Assembly (NCBI RefSeq): GCF_009914755.1
Contig: NC_060939.1
From: the human T2T-CHM13v2.0 reference genome, Homo sapiens
Length of the DNA stretch: 64,000 nt
Direction: 5' to 3' (one strand)
Shown in pieces: positions 13,421-26,685 of this stretch. Numbering within the stretch: position 1 is the stretch's first letter; every line of letters starts with the position of its first letter. The translations under genes were made by a program, and so were the position numbers. The notes under the pieces are model-generated. The model saw nothing but the letters and a program-made list of their open reading frames with translations, had not been told where the DNA came from and ran no database searches.

Positions 13421-16349
13421 TTAGATTGAAGCAGATGGTAGCTCCTCTCTTCCTCATGATGACCAAAGACATCTCAGTGGTGTGAGGCTGGAACTGGACA
13501 GAAGCTGGATCAATGTCCAGGCCAGCCACTCCCACATTAGCCTGTGATGTCCTCATCCCTCACCCCAGCTGGGAATATGTTTCCTTCTGCTCTTTCCCAG
13601 TGTGCATCTACTGTCATGTCAGCCGTTGGCAGAATCCTTTGAGGCTTCAGGTGTTCAGTGCACTGCCTCTGAGTCACAAACTAAACATACCTTGTAAGAA
13701 ATAGAAAAATATTGCATGCATAAAGTTTAGTTTTCTTGCTGTCTGGGGCAGTCTTATTGTCATTATACTTTATTTCATTAATGAATCCTCCAAACAGCAA
13801 ATAACTTGCCCCTTAAATTGTATCTACATTGACTGGGAGACCCAATAGGTATGTATCTAAAGATTAAACACACATTTGGATTTTAGGGTTTAAAAAATGA
13901 ACTAGAAATGATCCATGCTCTCTATAAGCTTTGGGTTAGTTAGGGAGTTGACTCAGATTCATGACCGCAGAAGGTGGCATGTCACACACGGTGCTGAAAG
14001 GTACTACTTAATGCTGCTCAATGAAGCTATGGCAGCTAAGGGACAGGAACCTTTCAATTACACTGCAGTGATTGGGGAAGTTTCTATGGAAGAGCCATTT
14101 GAGATAAATTTGATTTAGATTACCAAAGAGAATAGGAAAGGAAACTCCAGGGCAGAAAGAATGCTAGGCATAAAGGTGCAGAGGCCAGAATGCTCTAGCA
14201 CATCTTGGGAAGTGTGATTTGACTAGTTTGCCGAGGAGGATGTGCTTTGGGAAGTAGTGAGATAGAGGTTTAGAAGGAGATAAAAGGGAATTTTTTTATT
14301 TTTGAGACACAGGAACAGTGACAGGCATATACTGTCCCTTCTTTTGTAGGGTGGGGCTAGATCGGAAGAGCCCCTGGAGATTTGTCCCTTTGTTTGCTCT
14401 TCTTTCTTACTGCATGAAGGAAAAATGAATCTAAGGCTTCGAGAACCTTGGAATTCACTATATTTAACCATAGAAGACTTCCCTGTACCTATGGGGAAGA
14501 GAAAACTTCAGGCTGCACAAATAGAGCACTCTCTCATGCTCGTGATAATGTATGTTGAGAACTTTCTTTGGAAAAGTCTTGGACGGAGGTGGTATTGGAG
14601 CTGGGTATCCCATATGCAGTTGTCCTCACACAGCGTGCTCTTGATTACCAGCTTTGTCCACAATGATGCCATGCATACATGTTGGCATGGACATACAGAA
14701 TGGGTTTTCAGCACTGCTGGCTTACAATTGGCTGCCAGTCAAATTCACAATCCACCTCGTGCACAAGCAGCTTCACAAATCTCAGACAGAACAGCTTTGT
14801 ACATACTGCATCACCTTGAAAGAGAAATGTACCATTTATGGTCTGTCTTGGCTTAAGTTCTTGGCAGTTTAGGGCCGTTTTCATTGGAGACAGGTAACAT
14901 GCGGCTGTGGCCGTTAGAAGAAGTCTGCTTTTCCATTCTGATCCATGAAGGATGCCACGGAACACTGTGGAATTGGATATGACCTCTTTAAGTGCATGAC
15001 TATGTGATTATTTCCTTCAACTTGGAGGCCTTTTGTTTATTAAAGAAACTTGCCTACCCCTTAACACAGGAAAATTCTTAATTTACAAAATTGCCCTTGG
15101 AAAACTCGTGCTTTCTGCAAAGGATAAGGAAATGAGCTGTTTTCTCCTAGTTTCTGTCTTTGATTGCTTTATGATGTTGGCAGTGATGAGCAGAGGGCCA
15201 CATGAGTTATTTTCTCCACAAGGAAAGGTCTCTGTGAGGCATACAGATCCTTGGGTGGGGTTTCCAGACATACTACCTGGGTTTCCTTCAAAGCAAAACT
15301 CGGGCATCCAGGGAGGTCAGTCTCCTTACCCCCGCACAAACCACAAATACTTCCCTACCTGTATATGTAATTTTTTTCTGATGAAAATACTCTCAGCCAC
15401 ATTTCACCTTTCATGCTCCAAATCCCATATTATCCCCATTATGAAGCACCCACTGGTTATTTCAGCCCACGTGGATGGCCTTCGCACTGGGATCCTACGG
15501 CCTTACACTCACTCCCCTAAAATGGTTTTATTCCTATTGGGTTATTTCCTTGACCAGGTAGCAAACCTTTTAGGCACAGGTTCTTGACAGATTGAATTGA
15601 CAACAATTGAGAAGGAAGGCGACAAATCGTAGCTTTGTAAGAGCACAGCAATAGCATTTACACACTTGTTTTATTTCTAGGAAGAAACATAAGTAGAGAA
15701 GGCTTTGCAAAAACTCTTGCCATTAGGTGAACGTCATCAAATGGTTATTAGAAGAGGGTGGCCTACAGCACTGTATTCTGGCTTTGGAAGTGGGTGATTT
15801 GCCTTTCCCCAACACCTCTCTTAGAAAAAACAAACATGGAGTGGCTGAAGCCACAGTTGGCTGAGGCTAAGTTTCTGAGGGATTGACTGGTGAGGAGATG
15901 GGGCCAGCCTTGCACAAGGTGGGTCTTAGAACTGGGCCAGAGCCAGGGTGGGAGTGGAGGAGGTTGCTTTCATGTAATTTTCTTCGCCTGTAAGTCTGGA
16001 ATTCTGCAAATTTTCATAGCCAGTTTTGAGGTCTTTTTACTTTAAGTCAGATCAAAGGATAAAGGAACTTAGGTTAGAGTCAATTTACTGATGAACTAAT
16101 TTAAGTTGCAGAGGCACAGATACTGTGTATCTCTGTCTTTCCTCCCCACCATCCCTATAAAGTCCTTTTAGTCATATATGTATAAGGAAACGCATTTAAG
16201 GAGGGAAAACACCTGGAGATGCACATCTAATCAAGCTTCCCATATCCCGCTCTTCCTCTTTTATCTCTCATATACATAGTCTAATTTGTATCTGCCTATT
16301 TTTCTTTCTTTAAGCCCAAAATGTAGGGCTACCAGGGCATTAGAAGTTA

Positions 16350-16610
16350 TCATTTCCTTCAGGAACTCAAAAATCACCTTATTAAAGGGGTCTTCCTGGC
16401 CATAAAAAATTGCATTACCCGCTTTCCAACCCATACCTCAATCATTCCCTCCCCCACTTACCCTGCTACCTCTTTTCTACAAATATCTTATGCTGCCTGC
16501 CATATCATATATTTGTCTGTCCCCCGCTGCCCTGGAATGTAAGCACTATAAAAATGGGCCTTTGTTCTGTTTGCTGATGTATCTTTAGTGTCTACAATAA
16601 GGTCAGAAAG
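16350..16610 (+). mobile_element. L2 3' region
   Basis: ctcaaaaatcacctt...tttgtctgtccccc...ctggaatgtaagcac...ttgttctgtttgctgatgtatc. Confidence 0.6.
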
Positions 16611-16736
16611 TAAATGTGGCTCTGTATCTAATTGATATTTCAAAACTTAAATACCAGAACCTAGAGAGTTTCCTCTTTTTTTTTTTTTTTTTCATTTAAG
16701 CCTTGTGGTCCTCATTGTTCTACAGCTCTTTGGTGC

Positions 16737-17437
16737 TGTATTAGAGTATTCCAAAGAAACAGAACCAATAGGAGGTGTGTGGGTATATATGTATCTTCAC
16801 ACATATATATATTTTATATACATATATACATATATTTTACAGATGTATTATATAAAAATATTTTATATACCATATGTATTATATATATTATATATATATT
16901 TTTAATGTATGTATATAAGATATATGTTTATATTCTGTCTCTAGAGAAAAATATAGATACCTAAAAAGAGGTTTATTATGGAAATGGACTCACCCAATTA
17001 TGGAAGCCAAGAAGTCCTACAATGTGCCAACTTCAACCTGGAAAAGCAGAGGAGCTGACTGTGTAATTCCCAGTCTGAGTCTGAAGGTCTGAGATCAGAG
17101 GGGAGAGGAGAGAGCAGGGTGGTGACCACTGGTGTAGGTCCCAAAGTGAGTCTGAAGACCTGAGAACCAGGTGTGAGAGCAGGAGAAAATGGATGCCTTA
17201 GATCAAGAAGAAAGAGTGAATTCTCTCTTCCTCTACCTTTTTGTTCTATTAGGTCCCTCAACAGATTGGATAACTTCTACCCACATTGGTGAGGGGGAAT
17301 CCTTTCCACTCAATCTACTGATTCAAATGTTAATCTCTTCTAGAAACACTCTCATAGGCACACCCAGAAATAACGTTTTGGTAGCTATCTGGGTATCCTT
17401 TAGCACGGTCAAATTGCACATAAAATTAACCATCACA
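16737..17437 (-). mobile_element. ERVL solo LTR (MLT2B-like) with internal AT-rich simple repeat
   Basis: tgtattagagtattccaaagaaacagaaccaatagga ... cataaaattaaccatcaca, with a perfect 5-bp TSD GGTGC (16732-36 / 17438-42). Confidence 0.9.
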
Positions 17438-18069
17438 GGTGCCTTGTAATATATGACTTTTTTGTAATAAATCAAATTTTTCTGGTTATTATCAATGGAA
17501 ATCTTCATCTTATGCAAACCATTTCATTTTACCTGAAGGCAAGTCTCTCTGCTTCTCCCTGTACCCACCCAGGGCTAGTTCCTTAGGTTTGATGCAGTCG
17601 TCTTGTTTTTTCTTTTTTCCCAGTCTCAATGGATCACAGAGGATCAGGGCAGTATTCTCTGCTGTTTGATCTGCTGCTATGATGCTCCCAGGGCCTGGAA
17701 ATAACACATTTTGCTCATGTCTTTGCCCATTCTCCATGGCCATTTGAGCTCACTGGCTAAAGGTTCCTAACCTTTTATCTCTTTAAGGGACACCTGATTT
17801 GGATGTTATGTTTGGATGTAATATGTTCCTGTATAAATTGCAGGTTTGTTTATTCATTCCTCTTCAATAATAAATTGAGGATATTGCTGATTTTCCAATA
17901 CATGAACTAACCTGTTGCATGGGTACAATATGGCAGTGATTGGTAACTTCATGATCTGGATGCTAGTTGAAGCAAAGCACCATCAGTTAACTTTCTTATT
18001 CATAAGTTACAGATATGCTACCTAACCCTGTTTATGTTGTATAATGGAGTTAAAAGTTTTTAAAGATTC

Positions 18070-18700
18070 CAACAAGCTATGGTGATGGACTGAAACTGTA
18101 GAATAAAATAGAATAGGGATATATATGAAATCCTATATTTAGAAAAAAAACTTGGCTGTGAACAAGATAGAAAAATATAGCTTAAGGGAAGACTTTGGTG
18201 TTTATTTACCACAAACCATAAATAAACTCCCAGTGTGATGAGGTTGCTAAAAATAACATAATAACATTTTAGGCTCTTCTAACACTGGTGTGGCATCCAG
18301 GTTACTTCTACTTTTCTCGGTCATACCACATCTAACTTATTCCAGTTTGGGCTTTACTTTTTAAAAAGAACATAGATAAATAAGAATTCATATAAGCACA
18401 ATGAAGACTTTGATGCATGTTAGACTGGAGAAGAAACTTACTCTTTAGTGGCTGAATTTAGATAATGGGAGCATGGCCATGTACTTCTTCCGTGTCTGGA
18501 AGACAAATGACCAAGTCATACCCCTATATAACTGCAGGCATTTTAGTTATTAGAGCTGTTGAATGAGGTGGGCTGCTCTCTTGAGAGAGAACTCCCTGTT
18601 CTTGTTGGTGTTCAGAGGATGGTTGTCCCCCTCTCAGGAATATGGTAACAAAATGGAAAGTTGCAGGCGATGATCACCAGCGTTGCTTCAACATTAAGAT
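18070..18700 (+). mobile_element. CR1/L3 LINE relic
   Basis: Degenerate CR1 3' ORF motifs (cagtgtgatgaggttgctaaaaa...ttttaggct...gtcataccacatct...ccagtttggg...tagactggagaag). Confidence 0.55.
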
Positions 18701-19677
18701 GCTCAGCTTTGGGGTAACTTTTCAGCTTCATATCGATGTTGTGAGAGCCCTAAGATAGGAAGAAAAAGAATAATAAGATCATTCTCAGTCCTTAGGAATC
18801 TGCAATCCCTAAGGAGGTTGACTGGATCAAAGGGAAGAGGGAAGAGCAATGGTTTTCATTTCTTTCTTTTTTAAAAAAGTAACAGACTCCCCCTTCTTGC
18901 CTTTAAAAAATGAAATGCAATGTAGAACCCAACTTGGAAAATGAATAAAGAGGTAATTTGAGTGGACAGGACTAGGGGCAGCCTCTGACCTGGAGCCCCA
19001 CCTGCTCAGCCTTTCCCTCACCCACAAAGAGGCCCCTGTGCTTCTGTGGAACCCAGGGTGCCCTGGAGTTCAGCATGAAAACCACTGCTAAGGGCAGGCT
19101 TGAGAGAAGGTTCTTGGATTAGCAAGAAGGAAGAAATGGGAAAATACTGGGAAAACCCTGTCCAGCCTCTTTGGTCCCATTAAACACGCTATGTCCACAA
19201 AGACCCAGAAACAGTTTAAAAAAAAAAATGCTGAGGAACTTTTCCAGCCCACTTCCCTTCTACCTATTCTGAAGTGCTGCATTTCTTGACTCTTCTTAAT
19301 GCTCTGTTTCAGGTCGATGTCTTTTCACTCTGCTTCTTCAGAATTAGTGACCTTGTTTTTTATTTGTTTGCCTCGTTGAGATGGGCCATCTCTTCATTCA
19401 GTCCTCATACATCAGGGGAGAGAAATGGTGTAGAGTCCACACGGGCAGACGGCCTAAACACTGGGGTCTGTTACCTAAGATGGAAGGTCTGGCTGCCCCA
19501 GGGTAAGCTGCCCATGTAATCTCCAAGAAGGTCATGCTGGAAGACTCATGCCTGAAACTGTGGTAGGAAATGGCCCCTATCTCCCCTTCCTGTCTCTTCT
19601 CACCACAGATTTAGAAAATATATCTGGCATGGGGACGTGGGTGGTAGGGACAGAATGGCACTGCAGCATAAACCATC

Positions 19678-20196
19678 TGTAGCGGAGTCCAGCACACTCA
19701 GTATGGGTTATTTGAAGAGTTTAATGAAGGTATAGGCAGGATTTAGTGGGGAGTAACAAGGGATGGAGGACCTAAATAGGAAGAAAAAGAATAATAAGAT
19801 TATTCTCAGTCCTCAGGAATCTGCAATCCATAAGGAGGCTAACTGGATCAAAGGGAAGAGGGAAGTCCCTAGGTCTAAAGGGACAAGGGAAGGACTGGTT
19901 TCTAAATCCTACACACAACAAAAACTATGGATAGGGTTGCCCAACAGGAGCTATGCTCTTCAGTAGAGAAAGGCAGCCAAAGGATGGCAACCAACAGGAG
20001 TAGAGCTAGAGGAACAATACCCTGATTCCACTGTCCTCCTGCCTTCTGACCTCTCGTTAGAGCCTTCCATTGTCTGAACACAATGGGAAGTCAGATATCA
20101 ATGGAACCCCTTGATTGTGCTCATACGTGTCAGTCTGTGCATTCCAGGTAGGGTGGAAAGTGGATCTGACTGAGAAAATAAAATATATTTAGCACA
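19678..20196 (-). mobile_element. ERVL solo LTR (LTR33-like), carrying a foreign insert
   Basis: cacactca...gagtttaatgaagg...caagggatgg...ctcctgccttctgacctc...cttccattg...gtggatctg...tagcaca. Confidence 0.65.
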
Positions 20197-20798
20197 CCCA
20201 ATCCCCCAATCCAGGCCGGGCTTTGTGTTTCAGTGATGTGGAGAACATCACTTTCAGACCACCTCACTTTTGTTCAAGGCTCAGTGAAAATCATGTGTTC
20301 TACTGATGAGGCATCAGTGGATAAAACTCCTCTCTCGAAACCATTTGCCTTTTTTAGGTGGGCAAGCTCATTCTTACTAAAGGTAATATTGAGCATTTTC
20401 CCAATTCTTAGGAAAGTGAGAAGCTGAAAGAGTCATTTAAGAATATCTGATTTTACTTCCAATCTGACATTCCCCTTCTGTGGTCTTCTCAGCAGACACT
20501 TGGGCTGAGATATCCGGCTGATCCGAACTCCAACATGAAGCATCCTTTCTGCTTTAGATTGACCCCCAAAGAGTGAAGGTAAATAAAAACTGGCCTTGAC
20601 TTTACAACATCTTTCTGTTCAATTCTCTTTGGTGGGTCAAGTCCATTTACTTCTCCAACTTGGAAAGTATATATATGTATATGATTTTTATGTGGTTTCT
20701 AGAATAACATCCTCAAGGAGTGTGATGCAGGTAGGAAGTATTTGAAAAATGTTCATTTATCCAGCAAATATGCTTTGCTGGATGTTTTATTCAGATGG

Positions 20799-21165
20799 TA
20801 TCTTAGTCCATTCAGGCTGCTATAATAAAGATGCCATAGACTGGGTGGCTTATACACAACATAAATTGGTTTCTCATGGTTCTGGAGGCTGGGAAGTCCA
20901 AGATCAAGGCACTGGCAGATTTGGTGTCTGGTGAGGGCCCACTTCCTGGCTCACTGACAGCCATCTTCTCACTGTGTCTTCATGTGGTAGATGGAGTGAG
21001 GGAGCTCTCTGGGGTCTTTTTTATGAGGGCATTAATCCCACTCATGAGAGTTCTATCTGTATGATCTAATCATGTTCTAATTGCCCCACTTCCAAATATT
21101 GTCACATTGGTGGTTAAGTTTCAACATATGAATTTTGAGGGGACATAAACATTCAATCTATAGCA
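20799..21165 (-). mobile_element. MaLR solo LTR (MLT1A0-like)
   Basis: tcttagtccattcaggctgctataa...ggttctggaggctgggaagtccaagatcaagg...aacattcaatctatagca, with a perfect 5-bp TSD GATGG. Confidence 0.9.
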
Positions 21166-21349
21166 GATGGACTTTGTGAATGAACTACTTTTCCTAGAGG
21201 TACACTGTATTTCTAAATTACAGGAAACTCAAATATAAGTTACCCCCATGGAAACTTATGAAGTGTCAGTTTCCTTTTTCGTTGTACAACTACGTATTGA
21301 GTATTCATTATATGATAGTATTTCGGTTATCAACTCCTGCATAAGAAAC

Positions 21350-21710
21350 TACCTTAGTCCCTTTGGCTGCTATAACAGTATCTTAGACTGGGTAATTTAT
21401 AAATAACTGAAATTTATTGCTAATAGTTGTCTAGGCTGGGAAGGCCAAGATCAAGGTGCCAGCCAATCTGATTGGGTGAGGTGAGGACCCGTTTCTCATA
21501 CATGACACCTTCTTTCTGTGTCCTCACGTGTCAGAAGGGGCAAACAAGCTCCCTTGGGCATCTTTATAAGGATACCAGTATTATTCATGAGGGGTCTGCC
21601 CTCATGACCCAATTATCTTCCAAAGCCCTCATGTTTTTAATACCATCACTTTGGAGATTAGGTTTCAATGTAAGAATTTTGGAGGGGACACAAACATTCA
21701 GACTATAGCA
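21350..21710 (-). mobile_element. MaLR solo LTR (MLT1A/MSTC-like) nested in an older MLT1 fragment
   Basis: cttagtccctttggctgctataaca...gacacaaacattcagactatagca. The flanks (21320-21349, 21711-21780) rejoin as an MLT1 end (cataagaaac|ccaccctaaaactcactggctta). Confidence 0.8.
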
Positions 21711-22633
21711 CCACCCTAAAACTCACTGGCTTAATACAGCAATTTATTGTTATCTTTTATGGCTTAATGTGTTGACTGGGGCATCTTGAGACAGGACGGC
21801 CTGCTAGGAGAATCCTACATTCCAGGTAAGAGAGGCTGAGGGTCTAAACAAAGACAGCGATTGAGAGGATGGACTGCAGGGGATAGAATTAGAAATCTCT
21901 AAGGGCAAAACTGGATGCATTGGGCAACTGTTTGAAAGTTGAGTACAATGAAACTATGTTTAATTCTTGGATTTCTGTCTAGAGCCTTTAGTGCCTCAAT
22001 TTCTCAATGTAGTTGGTAAGGGAATCAAAGATATCTAAGAATTTTTATAAATTTATGAAAGGCTTAATCTTCAGATAGTAGAATCCCATTGAGTACTGAG
22101 CAGGAGAAAGAGAGAATGAGTGTGTGTGTATGTGTATGTCTGCAATTCTTAAAAGTAATCAAGATGAAAAGACAGAAAAACCTTGATTAGTCCGTTGTAA
22201 GTTGGGAAAAGAGTATAAAGAAGTAAAAAAATATGGTAATACAAACATGAAATACAATGAAAAACTAAACAAGAAACAAATAAAAATATCAGTTCTTACC
22301 AATATAAACAGCTTGAAGACATCTATTAAAATACAGATTTTCAGAGTGGGTGAAAATATATTCCAACTATATTAATATATGTGAATATGCATGTACATAT
22401 GTGTATATGTATATAATGAAAAAAGATATAGCAGAAAAATATTAAAATGCAGGTAATTAATCAGTGTCATATTAATGTTACAGAATATTTTTAAGATAAA
22501 AATTACTAGTGATACAGTATCATTATATGATGATACAAAAAACAGGAAGATTTTATATTGCATCTTATATGCATCAAACATATATTACTCTTGGAATGAC
22601 AAAAATTAGGGTACAGAGAGAAATTGATAAATG

Positions 22634-23750
22634 CAGTCAAGTGCTATATAACAATGTTTCTGTCAACGACTGACTGTCATGTGGTGGTCCTATAAGATTA
22701 AAGCTGAAAAATGTCTTTTACCTAGTGACATGGTAGTTGTCATAATGTTGCAGCACAACACATTACTTATGTCTTTGTGGTGATGCTGGTATAAACAAAA
22801 CTATTGCACTGACAGTCATATAAAAGTCTAGGACACAATTACGTATAGTACGTAGTACTTGATAATGATAATAAATGACTGTTACTGGTTTATGTATTTA
22901 CTATACCTTCTATCATTATTTTAGAGTGTATTCCTTTTACTTATATAAAAGTTAGCTATAAAACATCCTCAGGAATACTTCCTTTAGGAGGTATTCCAGA
23001 AGAAGGCATTTTTATCATAGGAGATGACAGCTCTATGCCTTCTTCTGAAAGGTCTTAGGGGAACAAGACATGGAAGTAGAAGACAATTATACTGATGATT
23101 CTGACCCCATGTAGACCTAGGCTAATATATGTAATTGTTTGTGTCTTAGTTTTTAACAAAAAGTTTAAAAAGTTAAAAAATAAAAAAATAGAAAACTTAT
23201 AAGGACATAAAGAAAATACTTTATACAATGTGTTTGTTTTAAGCTAAAGGTTATAGAAGAGTCTAGTTAAATTTAAAAGTTTATAAAGTAAAAGTTACAG
23301 TAAGCTAAAGCTAATTTATTAAAGTGTACACTGTTGATAAAGTCTACAATGGCAGACAGTAATGTCCTAGACCTTCACATTCACTCACCACTCACTCACT
23401 CACTGGCCCAGAGCACCTTCCAGTCCTACAAGCTTCATTCATGGTAAGTGCTGTCCACAGGAGTACATTTTAATCTTTTATACCATATTTTTATGGTACC
23501 TTTTCTATGTTTAGATATGGTTTAGATACACAAATACTTATTGTTATTATTGCCTACAGCATTCTATAGAATAATGTGCTATATGGTTTTCTAGCCTAGG
23601 AGCAATAGGTTGTACCATATAGCCTAGGTGTGTAGTAGACAACATCATCTAGGATTGTATAAGTCCACTCCGTGATGTTCGCACAGTGGCAAAATTGCCA
23701 AATGACATGTTTCTCAGAGCATAACCCTGTTGTTAAGCAATGCATGACTG
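22634..23750 (-). mobile_element. TcMar-Tigger DNA transposon (Tigger3b/Golem-like)
   Basis: Terminal inverted repeats cagtcaagtgctatataac ... gttaagcaatgcatgactg, followed by TA. Internal ggaggtattccagaagaaggcat and cacattcactcaccactcactcact. About 1.1 kb. Confidence 0.88.
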
Positions 23751-23851
23751 TATAATCATAATAATTCTAACACACCTTTCTCAGAAAATAGTATATGAAG
23801 TGATAAATTGGTAAGAAAAAGGAAAACTTGAATAACATAGTTAATAAGCCA

Positions 23852-24219
23852 TATTTATGAGGTTAGGAGAGGGGATGGTGCAGAAACATCTTAACCACAA
23901 AATGTCAATGACTTAATAGTCATGATTTTATTTCTCACTCATAGTTTGTCCAAAAGAGCCTGGGGCTGTGGCCCCACTGAGGCTAATGGAGGCTTCTTAC
24001 CTTTTAGCTCCATCATCTGGGACAAGTGGCCTTCTTCATTCATGGCAGGAGGGGAAAAGGGAGTGGAGATTTACGCATGGCTTTTCACTGCTTCAGCCTG
24101 GGAGGGACGTGACCCTTCCACTCATGTTACACTGACTAGAAATAGTTAGAAAGCCCTGACTGACAGAAGGGACCTGGGGAGAGGGGATGCTGCATTCTTA
24201 AGAACAGATGTCTGTCACA
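23852..24219 (-). mobile_element. Old MaLR LTR (MLT1I/J-like)
   Basis: tttatttctcactcat...cttccactcatgttacactgactagaaatagt...tgtctgtcaca. It interrupts the L1M ORF2 relic. Confidence 0.55.
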
Positions 24220-25067
24220 AAAGGATCTAATGGAAACAAAGAGAATCTTGCACCCATAGTGCATACGTTGGAATTTTGTTTTTCAAAACTGACCACATAC
24301 TAGACCACGAAAAAGATAAATATTGTAGAATCAATGCCCTTCTCAATGATATTCTTCTGATTTTCAAATTTGAAAATTAAATAGCACACAAATGTTTCAT
24401 GTGTCATAGAAGAAGCCATAATGGAAATCATAAAATATTTAGAACTAAATAATAAAAAATTACACAATTTATAACAATATTTGTGGCGTTCAGCTAAAGT
24501 GGTACATTGAAGAACACTGAAAACTTTAAATGTACATATTAGAAAGGAAGAATAATTGAAAAATAATGAGTTCACTGTTTCATTCAAAAATGTTAGGAGA
24601 AAACAACTACAAGTAACATCCCTGAAGTGGTAGGAGGAGAAATTGATGAAAAGTAATCTAAAAAACAGCAAAGGAGATAAACAAGTACCAAAGCAGTTTC
24701 TTAAAAAGAATGACAAAATAGACAACCTTCCGGAAACATTGAGAAAAACAACATAAAATGAAAAAATGAATATACTATAGATAGCATGTAGATTAAAAAC
24801 AATATTGTCTTTTATGTCAATAATTTGAAAATGTAGACAGTATGTACAATTTTATAGTAAAATATAACTTATTAATCTCGACTCAAGGCATAGACAAGCT
24901 GAAGAAACCTATATATCTTAACCTATAGCTTTAAAAAAAATTGAATCAGTAACCAAAAACCTCCAGCAAAGATCATATTTAATGACTGAATGATAGACAC
25001 ATTCTCTTTAAAGTTAGGAATGTAACAAAATTTCTTGTTACCAGTGCTTCTATTTAAAACTTTACTA

Positions 25068-25357
25068 GCCGGGTGCAGTGGCTCATGCTTGTAATCCCAC
25101 ACTTTGGGAGGCCAAGGCAGGTGGATTATCTGAGGTTGGGAATTGAAGACCAGCCTGGCCAACACGGTGAAACCCTGTCTTTATCAAAAATATAAAAATT
25201 AGCTGGATGTGGTGGTACACGCTGGTAGTCCCAGCTACTCGGGAGGCTGAGACGGGAGAATCGCTTGAAACCATGAGTGCAGTGAGCCGAGATTGTGCCA
25301 CTGCACTCCAGCATGGGCGGCAGAGCGAGCTTCCGTCTCAAAACAAACAAAAACAAA
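25068..25357 (+). mobile_element. AluS (Sq/Sx-like)
   Basis: Dimer with a short right-arm deletion. TSD aaaactttacta/aaaactgtacta. Confidence 0.92.
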
Positions 25358-26408
25358 AAAACTGTACTAAAGTTCAAGATAGTGCAGTAAGATGAGAAAA
25401 AGAAATAAGAGGTATAAAGATTGGTTATGGAAGAACCAATTTCATTGTTTGAAGATATAATCATTTATATACAAAATCCAAGGGAACTTTTAAGGTATAA
25501 GCACTGAGAAGTTAGTATCATTCCTACATATTTATGGGTGTCAATTAATAAACTATAATAGTACATACATATACACATATATATTCAAACTGCTATATAT
25601 ATATATTCCATTCAAAATAGCAATTTGCAAATCCACAGAGTTTCACAATGGCAATAGCAAACCTACAAAATAGATAATAGAGAAATTAGGGAAGCCAATT
25701 AAGGATCACTCAATAGACCAATGATTAAATATTTGTATGATCATACTTGAATATAGCATAACAGTTAATGTGAAATAATAAACTCTAGTTCTATTAATCT
25801 TAAGCAATTACTAGGAAAGAATTGAGTAAAAGATATCAGGATGAAGAATATCTGTAGCCTGATACTACTTATGTAAATTGAAAAATGTACAAGATGCTAC
25901 TTATTGCAAGTGGATATATACATATGCTGTGAAAGTATAAAACATGGAGAGGAAAGATGCCATACCAGCCTCAGGAAGCAAGTTATTTCTGGGAAAAGAG
26001 GGAGAAAAATAGATTGGGAATTCAAGGATTCAACAGTAATGTCTTATTTCTTTAAAAATTATCTGAAGCAAATGATAACAAAATAGTAAAATTTGCTCAC
26101 TCTGGATGGTAGGTAGCTAGATATTTTATTGTTTAAGTTTATCGCACAGTTAAATAAATTTTAAACAATTGAAAAAGTGAATAGGAGGTAAAGAAATGTA
26201 CACAAAGTTCATTGCCAGTACTTTGAAGAAGTTTGATCATGAATAAGAGAGAAATGCTACACTTTCTTAATGGAGAGGCACTGGAAGTTGAAGCCAGTGC
26301 ACAGCTCCCCACTTAGCGGGAGTTTACCAGCCTTCTTGTGACTGCTTTATTCTAGGTACAGTGTTGACCTGTCTGCAGCATCTCCTAGCTGCTTTTAATC
26401 ATCAGGGG

Positions 26409-26685
26409 GATGAGTCTCACTCCGTCACCCAGGCTGGAGTGCAGTGGTGCCATCTTAGCTCACTGCAAGCCCCGCCTCCAGGGTTCACGCCATTCTCCTG
26501 CCTCAGCCTCCTGAGTTGCTGGGACTACAGGCACCCGCCACCACGCCCGGCTAATTTTTTGTATTTTTTGTAGAGATGGGGTTTCACTGTGTTAGCCTGG
26601 AGGTCTTGATCTCCTGACCTTGTGATCTGCCAGCCTCGTCCTCCCAAAGTGCTGGGATTACAGAGGTGAGCCACTGCACCCGGTC
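26409..26685 (-). mobile_element. AluY lacking a poly(A) tail
   Basis: Y-type features (ctgcaagc, ttcacgccattctcc, gtgttagcc, gaccttgtgatc). No poly-T at the left edge. Confidence 0.92.

Larger units (their letters stand above)
22250..26170 (+). mobile_element. Ancient L1M ORF2/3' relic interrupted by Tigger3b, MLT1 and Alu
   Basis: A-rich sequence with degenerate ORF2 motifs in collinear order across the insertions (aacacacctttctcag, aaaactgaccacatactag, aaatatttagaactaaat, aaagattggttatggaaga, tcattgtttgaagat). Boundaries are approximate. Confidence 0.7.

Noticed and set aside
14425-15587. 143-aa and 184-aa plus-strand ORFs
   Set aside because: No domain similarity and no supporting splice or promoter evidence. 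Lengths like these are plausible by chance in 64 kb.
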